A stretch of DNA of 64,000 nt, from the IMG/VR virus record IMGVR_UViG_3300028603_000033, one strand, 5' to 3'. Positions 55,794 through 64,000 of the stretch are shown here, in pieces. Numbering within the stretch: the first letter of the stretch is position 1; each line of letters starts with the position of its first letter. The DNA is from an uncultured virus (IMG/VR IMGVR_UViG_3300028603_000033) (lineage: Duplodnaviria; Heunggongvirae; Uroviricota; Caudoviricetes). The translations under genes were made by a program, and so were the position numbers. Under the pieces are notes generated by a model. The model saw only the letters and a list, made by a program, of their open reading frames with translations, was not told the DNA's origin and ran no database searches.

Positions 55794-56717
55794 TTATGTT
55801 CCTAATGGTCCGTACGGTGTACTATTTCTTGACGCCGCACTCTTCTTTTGTTCTAATTCATTAAAGAATCCCCACAACAAACGCCTCTCTTGGTGGGTTA
55901 TATTTTCCGAATAGTCAATAGGTATACCTATCTTTTGAAGATAGAATGTATCCTTTAAAATATCAATAATACTCTCATTGTAGATAAGCTTTAAAATAAA
56001 ATAGAACTTATCTAAATCATAGTTTACAACTCTGTACAATTGTTTTTTACAAGGTTCAACGCAAGTAAAATCGAACAACTTATATGTTATTTGAACTTTT
56101 TGTATGTCAGTTAATAATTGGGTAATAGATTCCATTGACATTTTTCTATAAAATTCTAATTTATCTTCCAGTGTTGGAAGCTGTACAATTTCGTTTGTTT
56201 TATAGGTAATTTTACTAATATATCTATCAATATTTAATATGAAGGATTTTTCAATGGCATCTTTATCATCTGTAAATGCTATTCTTTTCAATTCATATAA
56301 TATAGACATTTCCTTTAATACATTAGGCACCGCAATTTCAAGCTTATAGCTACCAATAGTAACAGGTATAATTTTAGGATTAATTTTACACATTTCGCCA
56401 TACATTTTATCTAATCTAATTTCATATTTGTGTTTCTGTCCACATTTATCACATACCACATTTAAAGGGACTTTAATATCTATACTGGATGCCTTTAGTC
56501 CTAATAGAATAACCAACATATCATGTATATTTAAATCATCTATCTTTGTACTATTTTTAATAGTATCTAAAAGTTCAAGCAAAAATTCAGTACAATAAAT
56601 ATTGTCAGAAATCATAGAAGCCTTACTTATCAATTTTTGCTGATGGGTGTTAATTTCCCTAAATGGTATTAATACACCCCTTGATGGTACAAATAGATCT
56701 AATACACAAGTATTCAT
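55794..56717 (-). CDS. Baseplate hub assembly protein (gp26-like, with gp51-like C-terminus)
   Basis: VPS...FREIN, LLGLKASSI, CDKC...IRL, C-terminal YSENITHQERRLLW; track start 56732. Confidence 0.6.
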   Translation of the reverse strand: MNTCVLDLFVPSRGVLIPFREINTHQQKLISKASMISDNIYCTEFLLELLDTIKNSTKIDDLNIHDMLVILLGLKASSIDIKVPLNVVCDKCGQKHKYEIRLDKMYGEMCKINPKIIPVTIGSYKLEIAVPNVLKEMSILYELKRIAFTDDKDAIEKSFILNIDRYISKITYKTNEIVQLPTLEDKLEFYRKMSMESITQLLTDIQKVQITYKLFDFTCVEPCKKQLYRVVNYDLDKFYFILKLIYNESIIDILKDTFYLQKIGIPIDYSENITHQERRLLWGFFNELEQKKSAASRNSTPYGPLGT

Positions 56718-56719
56718 TA

Positions 56720-57451
56720 TTATTGCCCCCAACCATTAATAGAGTACCAATTATATGCAAACTGTGTTGTACGATACATTATACCGTTATCTTGATCATA
56801 ACCCTCAGCACCTATTTGTACAGGAAAACAATCATGAAACGAATAGGATTTTCTAATTTCATTAGTTCCATTTTTAATAGCTAACATAGCAACATGTATT
56901 GTGGTTTTAACAGTATTCACTTTTATACTATTAGCAGCAACATGCATCATCCAAGGTCTTATAACGGATTCAGTAAATGAGGAGTTAGTTTCAAAGAATT
57001 CTATCATTAGATTATCAAATGGTGTTCTACCAGTTCCAATTAGTCCTGCAGCTTCACCTCTGCCATTGCCATCAACATTTTTTCTAGAAACACTATATGA
57101 ATCACCAGGAATGTTTATTTTATGAGCATATAAATTACCAGTTTTATATAACCACTGATGGGTTGAAGACATTGTCATATTATAGTCATCAATACTTTCC
57201 CATGCATAACCCCCAAATGCATTACCTGCATTTTGTGTATTCATTAGATTACCTTCTTTAGTATTTACTTGTGAATATGCCCCACTAAAATTAGGTATTG
57301 TTCTAGTACCACCAATTATTGTTCTCATAATCTCTGGCATTTCAAAGCTCACAAGCCATAATGGTTTAAGGGCATGAGCGTATTCCGATAAATCACTTTT
57401 AGTTAATGCATCGTAAAAATTAAATGGCCTATTGACAAGATCTTCTGACAT
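56720..57451 (-). CDS. Tail tube-like baseplate-tube junction protein (gp54-like)
   Basis: INIPG, IEFFETN, YSFHDCFPVQIG...FAYNWY. Confidence 0.6.
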   Translation of the reverse strand: MSEDLVNRPFNFYDALTKSDLSEYAHALKPLWLVSFEMPEIMRTIIGGTRTIPNFSGAYSQVNTKEGNLMNTQNAGNAFGGYAWESIDDYNMTMSSTHQWLYKTGNLYAHKINIPGDSYSVSRKNVDGNGRGEAAGLIGTGRTPFDNLMIEFFETNSSFTESVIRPWMMHVAANSIKVNTVKTTIHVAMLAIKNGTNEIRKSYSFHDCFPVQIGAEGYDQDNGIMYRTTQFAYNWYSINGWGQ

Positions 57452-57487
57452 AATTATATAATCCTTATAATTATTTATGCCAAGAGC

Positions 57488-57520
57488 AAAAAAAAGCGCC
57501 TGAACAAATGCTCAAGCGCT
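57488..57520 (-). terminator. Intrinsic terminator after the tail tube gene
   Basis: Minus strand AGCGCTTGAGC-ATTT-GTTCAGGCGCT followed by a T-run. Confidence 0.82.
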
Positions 57521-57542
57521 GTATATTATTCTTAATTATTTA

Positions 57543-58142
57543 TTAGGAATTCATTACTGGATACTCATCTCTGATTAATTCCCACCATTGGTATGCCAAT
57601 GTGACTTCTAATTCTCTAACTGTACCATTACCGGTTTGGTCATAAGTCATCTCCCCGATACTAATAGGATAACAACCGACTAACTTATATTGTCTATAAG
57701 GATTACCAGTTCTATCATGAAGAATCATTTCCACAGTTTGACCCATATCTGGTAGATTATAAAGTCCAGTTCCGCCACCTGTAACTGCACTCTGTAAAAG
57801 AGGCTGTTCCATTTGGGTAAAGACTTGATGCTGCCAAGTTTCGACTGCATGTCTAATATCAAATGGTAGGTCGCATCTAAACTTTACAGTCCAAGCGTCA
57901 TTACCTTCGTAATCTGCTGAACCAGGTAAGTTGAAATTCATACCCATAAACTTTGTAGGTTGGTTATGAATTTTGTACTTAGGAAGAGACGCTGTCATAA
58001 TGAAAACGTTATCCTCTGGTTGAATCAACATATTACTTCTATTACCTATGTTAAGAATTCTTAATTGAAAGTCACGTGAGAAATCCTTCTCAAATGCGAT
58101 GTCATAAAAACCTTTAGGTTGAAACATATATTCTAATGCCAT
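57543..58142 (-). CDS. gp19: Tail tube protein
   Basis: TASLP, PG..Y...WTVKF, YKLVGCYPISIG, VTLAYQWW; directly downstream of the sheath gene. Confidence 0.85.
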   Translation of the reverse strand: MALEYMFQPKGFYDIAFEKDFSRDFQLRILNIGNRSNMLIQPEDNVFIMTASLPKYKIHNQPTKFMGMNFNLPGSADYEGNDAWTVKFRCDLPFDIRHAVETWQHQVFTQMEQPLLQSAVTGGGTGLYNLPDMGQTVEMILHDRTGNPYRQYKLVGCYPISIGEMTYDQTGNGTVRELEVTLAYQWWELIRDEYPVMNS

Positions 58143-58154
58143 ATTCTATTCTCC

Positions 58155-60911
58155 TTAAACTAATTCTGAAAAATCTTGACCTGTACGGGTTGCAATAAAG
58201 CTGATCAAGATGAATTCAGCTGTACGAACTGGTTTCAAGTAAATATCCACTATCAATTCGTTTCTATCAATTGTATCTGGCGTATTGTTACGCTCGTCAC
58301 AAACGATCATATAATCATATAAACCTTCGTTATTCTTGGCTCTTTCGAAGATAGGTTTGATTGTGTCAACCAATCTTGTACGAGTAAAGATAGTGTTAGG
58401 TTCGAATACGAAATATCTACTTGTGGCAACTGTTGCCTTTTCTAATACTAAGAATAAGCGTCTTACGTTAATACGATCAAATGCACTTGGATTCTTCAAT
58501 AAGGTCTTTTGACCCCAAACAACGAATCCGTCTTGAGGGAAGAACACAACAGGGTTCAAACTATGTCTATATAAAAGATCACGTTGTTTTTGAGTTGTAT
58601 TGTACCCAATTTGAGTAATTCCGCTAATACGACCACGATTTAGACCAGCTGGTGCAAACCATGGGAAAGTATTACGATCGACGTCACACATTATACCAGC
58701 TTCGAAGCCAGAGAATGGTAACCATACTTGATTATTAGATTCAGTATCTAATGCCTTTACCCAGTTTGCGTATACGCATGAGTAACTTGTGCTGGATTCA
58801 GCATATAGATTTCTTAAAGGCCAGTAAATGTGTTGTGGGAAGTTAGCATCAATCATCTCGCTATTCTCTTCGTCCCATAAACGACATTCGCCAATTACCT
58901 TGTTACCTTGAACAAAGATGTGTCTTAATGGATCTGCAATGAACAAAGTTCCAGGTCTACGAGTAAACTCAGCGAACTCACGGAACAATTCAAAGTAACC
59001 TTGATATTCGTTGGCAATAAAGCTATCTCTACCACCACGATCATTAGGACCATATTCAGGTGTCTTCAACGCAACACCAATTCCGGGTGCATCGTTTGCA
59101 TTTGGAGATACTCCAGGTTGACTGATATCTACATATTTTGGTGTACCAGGAAGATATGTTCCTGCTACAACGGCATCATCTTCAAGAATACCTGGAAGAT
59201 ACATATCATCGTAATATCCACCATCCCAACCGCTATAAAGGTTGTAGAATTTTGAAGAACTTCCACCAGTTGTGTTTTTGATTTCATTAGCAACAGCACA
59301 GTATGTACCAATTGTTCCTAGACCAGCTTCAACAATAATGTCTAGTGGAACATAGTCAATATTTTCTGCTAATCTTAATGCTCTTTCAATCTTAGCACCT
59401 AAGTTACCAATTTCTCTTGCTTTGTTTCTGGTATAGTTAGGAACATAAGCACCTAATGCGTAACCATTCATGGCTTCGTCATTAACGCGTATTTCTTTGG
59501 TAGATTCATCACCATTAATATCTGTACCCTTAGACCAATCGGTTTTACTGACCAATGGATTGATTAATAGTTGAATTGTGTTAGAGCTATCATTAACAAT
59601 ATCTTCTAAGAAGAATGTTTCTGCAACAGCACCACGAACAGGTACTTCTTTTCTATACATATCCATACTACCAATGAAGGATTCCTGAACAACCTGATCT
59701 AATACGATCTGTTGTACGCCTTGATTGTTGTATATTGATTTTCTTAATTTAAGAACACCCATTACTAATGTATCATTGTATTTAGGTGGAGTTAAATCAT
59801 AAGTAGCAATAGATTCAATAAGTTCAGAAGTTGAACCTCTGCTTGCCTTATAGGTACCAGTTAACTCAAAGTTAAGACTTGATTCTCTAATTGGGAAGAA
59901 GTCACAAGAATCTAGATCATTAATCTTGGTTTTGAAACCAGTAATACAATCATAATCTGTACCGTAACCAACCTTACTATTATCTGCTAATAGAATATAT
60001 GTGCTTTCCATGTATTCATTGGTTGCAACACGATTCTTGTTTAAAACAATCATACCAGCTGCACTTAAACTTTGGAAGTCTGTAAACTGACTGCAATCAG
60101 ATGCCAATGCACTAACTTCACCAGTCCACAAGAATGAACCTTGTGATAGTTGAGTATATTCATGCTCATCAATAATCATCTGTTTAGGTTCACCTAATCT
60201 GTATGCTGAAACTGCTGAAACAGAAGTTGTATCACTTACAGGAATAATACGATCTGCACTCCACAATGTAAAGGTTCTTGTAATTTCATAACCTCCAGGA
60301 ATTGTTGCAACCACTGGAGTGTTTGAAGTATAAACTACATTTGTCCAACCATCTGTTTCACCAAGAATTGCTGATAGGAATGGGAACGAACAATTATTTG
60401 CTGAAACGCCTTCTCCACCAAATATTTGAATATCTGTATATGGATCACTCTTTGTAAAATATGAAGACATTGCAACAGAAGTAAGAAACTCGCCTGTTAA
60501 GCTATCAGACCAAGTGTTATAAGTATTGTACTCATTCATTACAACACATACAGTTGATAAAGTTGCTGTATCTGCTGCCATAGGATATGCTAGAATGCTA
60601 TATTCTGAACCATAACCTTCTCCATCGCTTTCGCCGTATGGAAGTCTTGTTGCTACTAAATTACCATTCTTCAATAAAATCTGACGACATGAATGATAAA
60701 AATAACGCTCTGCTGCGTTTTTAGGTTTACCATAGATTGCTTCAAACTCATCTATTGATGTAATGTTTAGTAATTCATCGATTGGTCCTTGTCTTGCAAA
60801 GCCCATTGCCATAACGTTTGTGCCGACAGGTAATCCTGCGTATAGAGAAAGATCTATTTCGCGAATTTCGACGCCTGGGCTCTCAATTGTTCTATTAAAT
60901 GCTAATGCCAT
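58155..60911 (-). CDS. gp18: Tail sheath protein
   Basis: SPGVEIREIDLS, GPIDE, PWFAPAGLNRG, WGQKTL, AFDRINVRRLFL, FEPN, YLKPVRTAEFI. Confidence 0.95.
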   Translation of the reverse strand: MALAFNRTIESPGVEIREIDLSLYAGLPVGTNVMAMGFARQGPIDELLNITSIDEFEAIYGKPKNAAERYFYHSCRQILLKNGNLVATRLPYGESDGEGYGSEYSILAYPMAADTATLSTVCVVMNEYNTYNTWSDSLTGEFLTSVAMSSYFTKSDPYTDIQIFGGEGVSANNCSFPFLSAILGETDGWTNVVYTSNTPVVATIPGGYEITRTFTLWSADRIIPVSDTTSVSAVSAYRLGEPKQMIIDEHEYTQLSQGSFLWTGEVSALASDCSQFTDFQSLSAAGMIVLNKNRVATNEYMESTYILLADNSKVGYGTDYDCITGFKTKINDLDSCDFFPIRESSLNFELTGTYKASRGSTSELIESIATYDLTPPKYNDTLVMGVLKLRKSIYNNQGVQQIVLDQVVQESFIGSMDMYRKEVPVRGAVAETFFLEDIVNDSSNTIQLLINPLVSKTDWSKGTDINGDESTKEIRVNDEAMNGYALGAYVPNYTRNKAREIGNLGAKIERALRLAENIDYVPLDIIVEAGLGTIGTYCAVANEIKNTTGGSSSKFYNLYSGWDGGYYDDMYLPGILEDDAVVAGTYLPGTPKYVDISQPGVSPNANDAPGIGVALKTPEYGPNDRGGRDSFIANEYQGYFELFREFAEFTRRPGTLFIADPLRHIFVQGNKVIGECRLWDEENSEMIDANFPQHIYWPLRNLYAESSTSYSCVYANWVKALDTESNNQVWLPFSGFEAGIMCDVDRNTFPWFAPAGLNRGRISGITQIGYNTTQKQRDLLYRHSLNPVVFFPQDGFVVWGQKTLLKNPSAFDRINVRRLFLVLEKATVATSRYFVFEPNTIFTRTRLVDTIKPIFERAKNNEGLYDYMIVCDERNNTPDTIDRNELIVDIYLKPVRTAEFILISFIATRTGQDFSELV

Positions 60912-60936
60912 ATTAATACTCCTTTAAATATACAAT

Positions 60937-60945
60937 TATTTACCC
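60937..60945 (-). promoter_or_regulatory. Late promoter GGGTAAATA for the sheath gene
   Basis: tatttaccc on the + strand, upstream of the AAGGAG RBS of gp18. Confidence 0.7.
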
Positions 60946-60982
60946 TTATTAGAAGACTATTTGTCTTTTTACCAAAAAATAT

Positions 60983-61603
60983 TTAAACCTCTTTGTCTAA
61001 TAGGGTAACATTAAACTTATTAAATGTCATTGTGCATGTACAATCTATTTCGTCAGGGTCTCTTAAATTATATCCAATTTTACTAAGAGTAGTGATAAGA
61101 CAATCATAATAATCAAATCTTATTTTAGCATTATTATATTCGTCCATGCCTAAAACATGAAGGTTTGTGGTAAAATTATATTTGCCATGTGGAAGATCGT
61201 TTTCGTGTTTGTCAGGTTCCCCTGAAACTTTAGGTCCAGCATAAAAACTATCCATAGGATCATTTAAAACACTTAACCATTTCCAAAATAACCAATAATT
61301 ATTGAATTCATTGTCCACAGCAAAATTAATAACTAATGGTTCATAAGCAGGTCTTGAATAGGACGAAGTGTGATATACATGACCAGAATAAGGAACTTCT
61401 ATAGGATTAGATTTAATATCAGGAACAGGACAATTATATAAGGAAAACTGAACTGCATCTAAATCTGCAAATCTATCAGTTCTTATATTCCTACTTATTA
61501 TGTTCTTCATTACATCAGGAACCGTAAAAATCATAATAAATTTATCTTTACGACCTTTGTTTAGTACTGCTTGTTCAACTTGTATTCCGGGTTGTGGATT
61601 CAT
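60983..61603 (-). CDS. gp3: Tail completion/sheath stabiliser
   Basis: PLVINFAVDNEFNNYWLFWKWL...LDEYNN-like segment, tube-fold ending. Confidence 0.72.
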   Translation of the reverse strand: MNPQPGIQVEQAVLNKGRKDKFIMIFTVPDVMKNIISRNIRTDRFADLDAVQFSLYNCPVPDIKSNPIEVPYSGHVYHTSSYSRPAYEPLVINFAVDNEFNNYWLFWKWLSVLNDPMDSFYAGPKVSGEPDKHENDLPHGKYNFTTNLHVLGMDEYNNAKIRFDYYDCLITTLSKIGYNLRDPDEIDCTCTMTFNKFNVTLLDKEV

Positions 61604-61618
61604 ATCTATTATTTACTC

Positions 61619-63349
61619 CTAAGAGTTAAAGAAATCTCCGCCCCAAGGTTGATCTTGCCAGACTTCCCAACCTTGTGCTTGTAAATCTTCAACTTCGCCA
61701 CCATTCTTATAATTAAAGTGCATAGGAAGCGGTGCACCTGTATCATTATAATAAGGGTCGAGTGCAAAATCACCTGTTGGAAAATCATCTAAAGACTTGA
61801 TCTTCAATGGTTTACCTCTTGTATCATATTCAACAATTTCAAAATATTGAGTAACTATATCTTCACTTAATATAAAGAGTGCCCACAACATAGCATGAAC
61901 TCTATCATCATAAACATAATTACCAGGTTTCTTTTTCCAAGTTCCATTGGCATATCTTATAAAGGTTTCCATTTCATGAATAGTGGCTATATCATATATA
62001 TTAACAACTCTCATACTATTAATCCAATATCTCATATTAGTTACAGCTTTGTTCTTTGAGTTTGTGTGAGAATATATTCCTAATCTACCTGTTGATTTTG
62101 TTGAGGTAGGATTGTATTCAACTATATTGTCGTATTTATGAACTTCTTTTAGTGCATCAACTACTTGTCCACCAGGACCATTACGTTCAATCATTAATGG
62201 GGGATTTCCCCATTGATTAGCCATTTTTGAGATATATTCAGCAAAATGATATGGATCCATCATAGAATCATGAAATACAGCAACTTGTTGAATATTAGCT
62301 AAATTAGTAATATCAAAGACCATTGCAGCACTAGCACATCCACCAACACCTTCAGCAACATCTACCCCAATTACATATATGTGTTTAGGATTGGGGTCTG
62401 CCCAAACTTTATAATGATCATCATCATACATATATAATGGGTCTTTACTCATATTGCGTAATGCTTGAATAACTTCTACATCTGTTGAAGATTCACCAGT
62501 TTCAACAAATTGATTTCCGAATTCCTGTTCAAAGTTTTGTCCCTTCTTAGCAAGAATTTCCATCATGGTATTTTTCCATACCTCTTTACTTGGTTTACGA
62601 GGAATTTCCCACCAATCAATCTTAATATGTTTCCATGTTTTTAAATCACCAGCTTCAGCGTCTCTATATAATTCATAAAATAGATTACTAGTACCGTTTG
62701 GGGTACTTACAGCAAATATCTTTGTTGTGTGTCCAGATGAAATAATAGGAATGACGGAGTTCCAGAAATCAGACATAATATGATCTGGAATGAATGCCAT
62801 TTCGTCAATAATTAATACATTAATAGACATACCACGTGCTGCAGTACTTGATGTTGCACTAATGGTAATACTACTTCCATTACTAAAATATACTTCTGTC
62901 TGACCCCATGTTTCTACACCAGGCTTCAACCAGTTAGGTAACATTTCATAAGCAAACTTAACACGTCTAAGTAATTCTTTGGCTGTATCTTCACGGTTAG
63001 CAACAATTAAAACTTTCTTATCTGCCTGGAAACAAGTGTTCCATAATGCAAATATAGTCATAGTAGTAGATTTACCTGATTGTCTACTAGCTAATGTTAT
63101 AACGAATCTATTTTTCTCAAGTGCCTTTAATAGTCGTTTTTGGGGTTTATACAATTCTAATTTTTGTTTACCTTCTTCAACTGTAACCGCCCAAAAGTAG
63201 TTTTCTGCAAAATGTAATACATTATTTGTACACAGTTTGATTTCTTTGACCATCTCAGGTGTCCACTCAAATTGAACATTTGCAGATGGTAAAAATCTAT
63301 TACCTCTATAAAAGGCTTCCGCTGTTCCTATACCTATTTCTTTACTCAT
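61619..63349 (-). CDS. gp17: Terminase large subunit
   Basis: ASRQSGKST, ARGMS, IIDEMAF, VSTPNG, FEQEF, GVDVAEGVG, DDRV. Confidence 0.95.
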   Translation of the reverse strand: MSKEIGIGTAEAFYRGNRFLPSANVQFEWTPEMVKEIKLCTNNVLHFAENYFWAVTVEEGKQKLELYKPQKRLLKALEKNRFVITLASRQSGKSTTMTIFALWNTCFQADKKVLIVANREDTAKELLRRVKFAYEMLPNWLKPGVETWGQTEVYFSNGSSITISATSSTAARGMSINVLIIDEMAFIPDHIMSDFWNSVIPIISSGHTTKIFAVSTPNGTSNLFYELYRDAEAGDLKTWKHIKIDWWEIPRKPSKEVWKNTMMEILAKKGQNFEQEFGNQFVETGESSTDVEVIQALRNMSKDPLYMYDDDHYKVWADPNPKHIYVIGVDVAEGVGGCASAAMVFDITNLANIQQVAVFHDSMMDPYHFAEYISKMANQWGNPPLMIERNGPGGQVVDALKEVHKYDNIVEYNPTSTKSTGRLGIYSHTNSKNKAVTNMRYWINSMRVVNIYDIATIHEMETFIRYANGTWKKKPGNYVYDDRVHAMLWALFILSEDIVTQYFEIVEYDTRGKPLKIKSLDDFPTGDFALDPYYNDTGAPLPMHFNYKNGGEVEDLQAQGWEVWQDQPWGGDFFNS

Positions 63350-63354
63350 ATAGT

Positions 63355-63415
63355 TATTTACCCCGCAATATATATTTTCATTTTTTACTTATTTTTATCA
63401 TACAAAGGGTAAATA
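63355..63415. promoter_or_regulatory. Divergent pair of GGGTAAATA late promoters
   Basis: tatttaccc at 63355-63363 (towards terminase) and gggtaaata at 63407-63415 (towards the + strand ORF). Confidence 0.7.
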
Positions 63416-63434
63416 ATTGTAACATGGAGAACAT

Positions 63435-64000
63435 ATGAATAATAATGATGTCAAAAATTTAGCCTCTTTATTCACTGAACAAGTTAATAAAAAGATGGAT
63501 ATGGAAGAAAAACAAACAGCAACCCTTTCTAAGGCTGCTGGCGAAGGTCCCGATGCAGTCAAAGATCTTGAAACCCCAGTTGAATATGAAGCTGGTAAGA
63601 AAAAAGAAGTAGATGCTAAGAAACCTATTGCAATGAAAATGAAAAACGATGTTAAAACAGAAGGAGTAAGTAATATGATAAAAAGTTCATTCGATCAATT
63701 GTTTAGTAATACAATTAACGAACAAGATGAAATGTTTGATGACACTGAGGGATTTGGAGATGAGGATTCTTTAGAAACCGGTGAGGATATTGATTCTGAA
63801 ATCAGTGATGAAGATGTTGGCGAAGAAGTTGACGTTGCAACTCGTTTAGAGATGATCTTAGACGATTTAACAAGCGTTATTTCGGCCATCCGCGGTGAAT
63901 CAGAAGAGGGCGAAGACGATTTCGGTGACGAAGAAGTTGAAGACGACTTCGGCGGTGAAGACGACTTCGGTGGCGAAGAGGAACGTGGATTCGGTGAAGC
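63435..64000 (+). CDS. Acidic protein, truncated by the window edge; possible prohead core/scaffold or internal protein
   Basis: Read manually: GGAG RBS, MNNNDVKNLASLFTEQ..., open to the end; EDDFG repeats; in-frame second ATG at 63675 with AAGGAG. Confidence 0.65.
   Translation, partial: MNNNDVKNLASLFTEQVNKKMDMEEKQTATLSKAAGEGPDAVKDLETPVEYEAGKKKEVDAKKPIAMKMKNDVKTEGVSNMIKSSFDQLFSNTINEQDEMFDDTEGFGDEDSLETGEDIDSEISDEDVGEEVDVATRLEMILDDLTSVISAIRGESEEGEDDFGDEEVEDDFGGEDDFGGEEERGFGE

Noticed and set aside
61619..63349. Intein or intron in terminase (also checked pol, helicase, uvsX)
   Set aside because: Lengths and motif spacing are normal, with no splice-junction motifs.
63695..63889. 64-aa Ser-rich minus-strand ORF
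   Set aside because: Mirror of the acidic plus-strand ORF starting at 63435, which has a promoter and RBS.

Overview
AT-rich 64-kb segment of a large T4-like (myovirus) phage genome, standard genetic code, with no tRNA, rRNA or CRISPR array seen. It holds four main blocks. (i) A T4-type replication/recombination core: uvsY, uvsW, gp55, gp47, gp46, gp43, uvsX, gp41, gp32, gp45 and a displaced gp61. (ii) A tail/baseplate/packaging block on the minus strand (gp17, gp3, gp18, gp19, baseplate genes, gp5-like spike). (iii) A dispersed 7-deazaguanine pathway (folE2, queD, queE, queC). Its core operon is queD, thioredoxin, intein-split queE, FNR-like reductase, TGT/DpdA-like protein, nucleoside-deoxyribosyltransferase-like protein and a kinase. 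(iv) An island of glycosyltransferases and methyltransferases between gp47 and gp46. The most unusual signals are: a prfB-like +1 frameshift cassette (GGTG-TAT-CTT-TAG-C) needed to rebuild the NDT-like gene; an intein in the late sigma factor gp55; a Ser-initiated intein carrying a PD-(D/E)xK-type nuclease inside the QueE Fe-S motif; a cohort of proteins with capsid-targeting-like N-termini; a GGGTAAATA late-promoter variant; and apparently leaderless sigma70 promoters with 16-nt spacers. All functional calls come from motif recognition by eye; no database searches were run.
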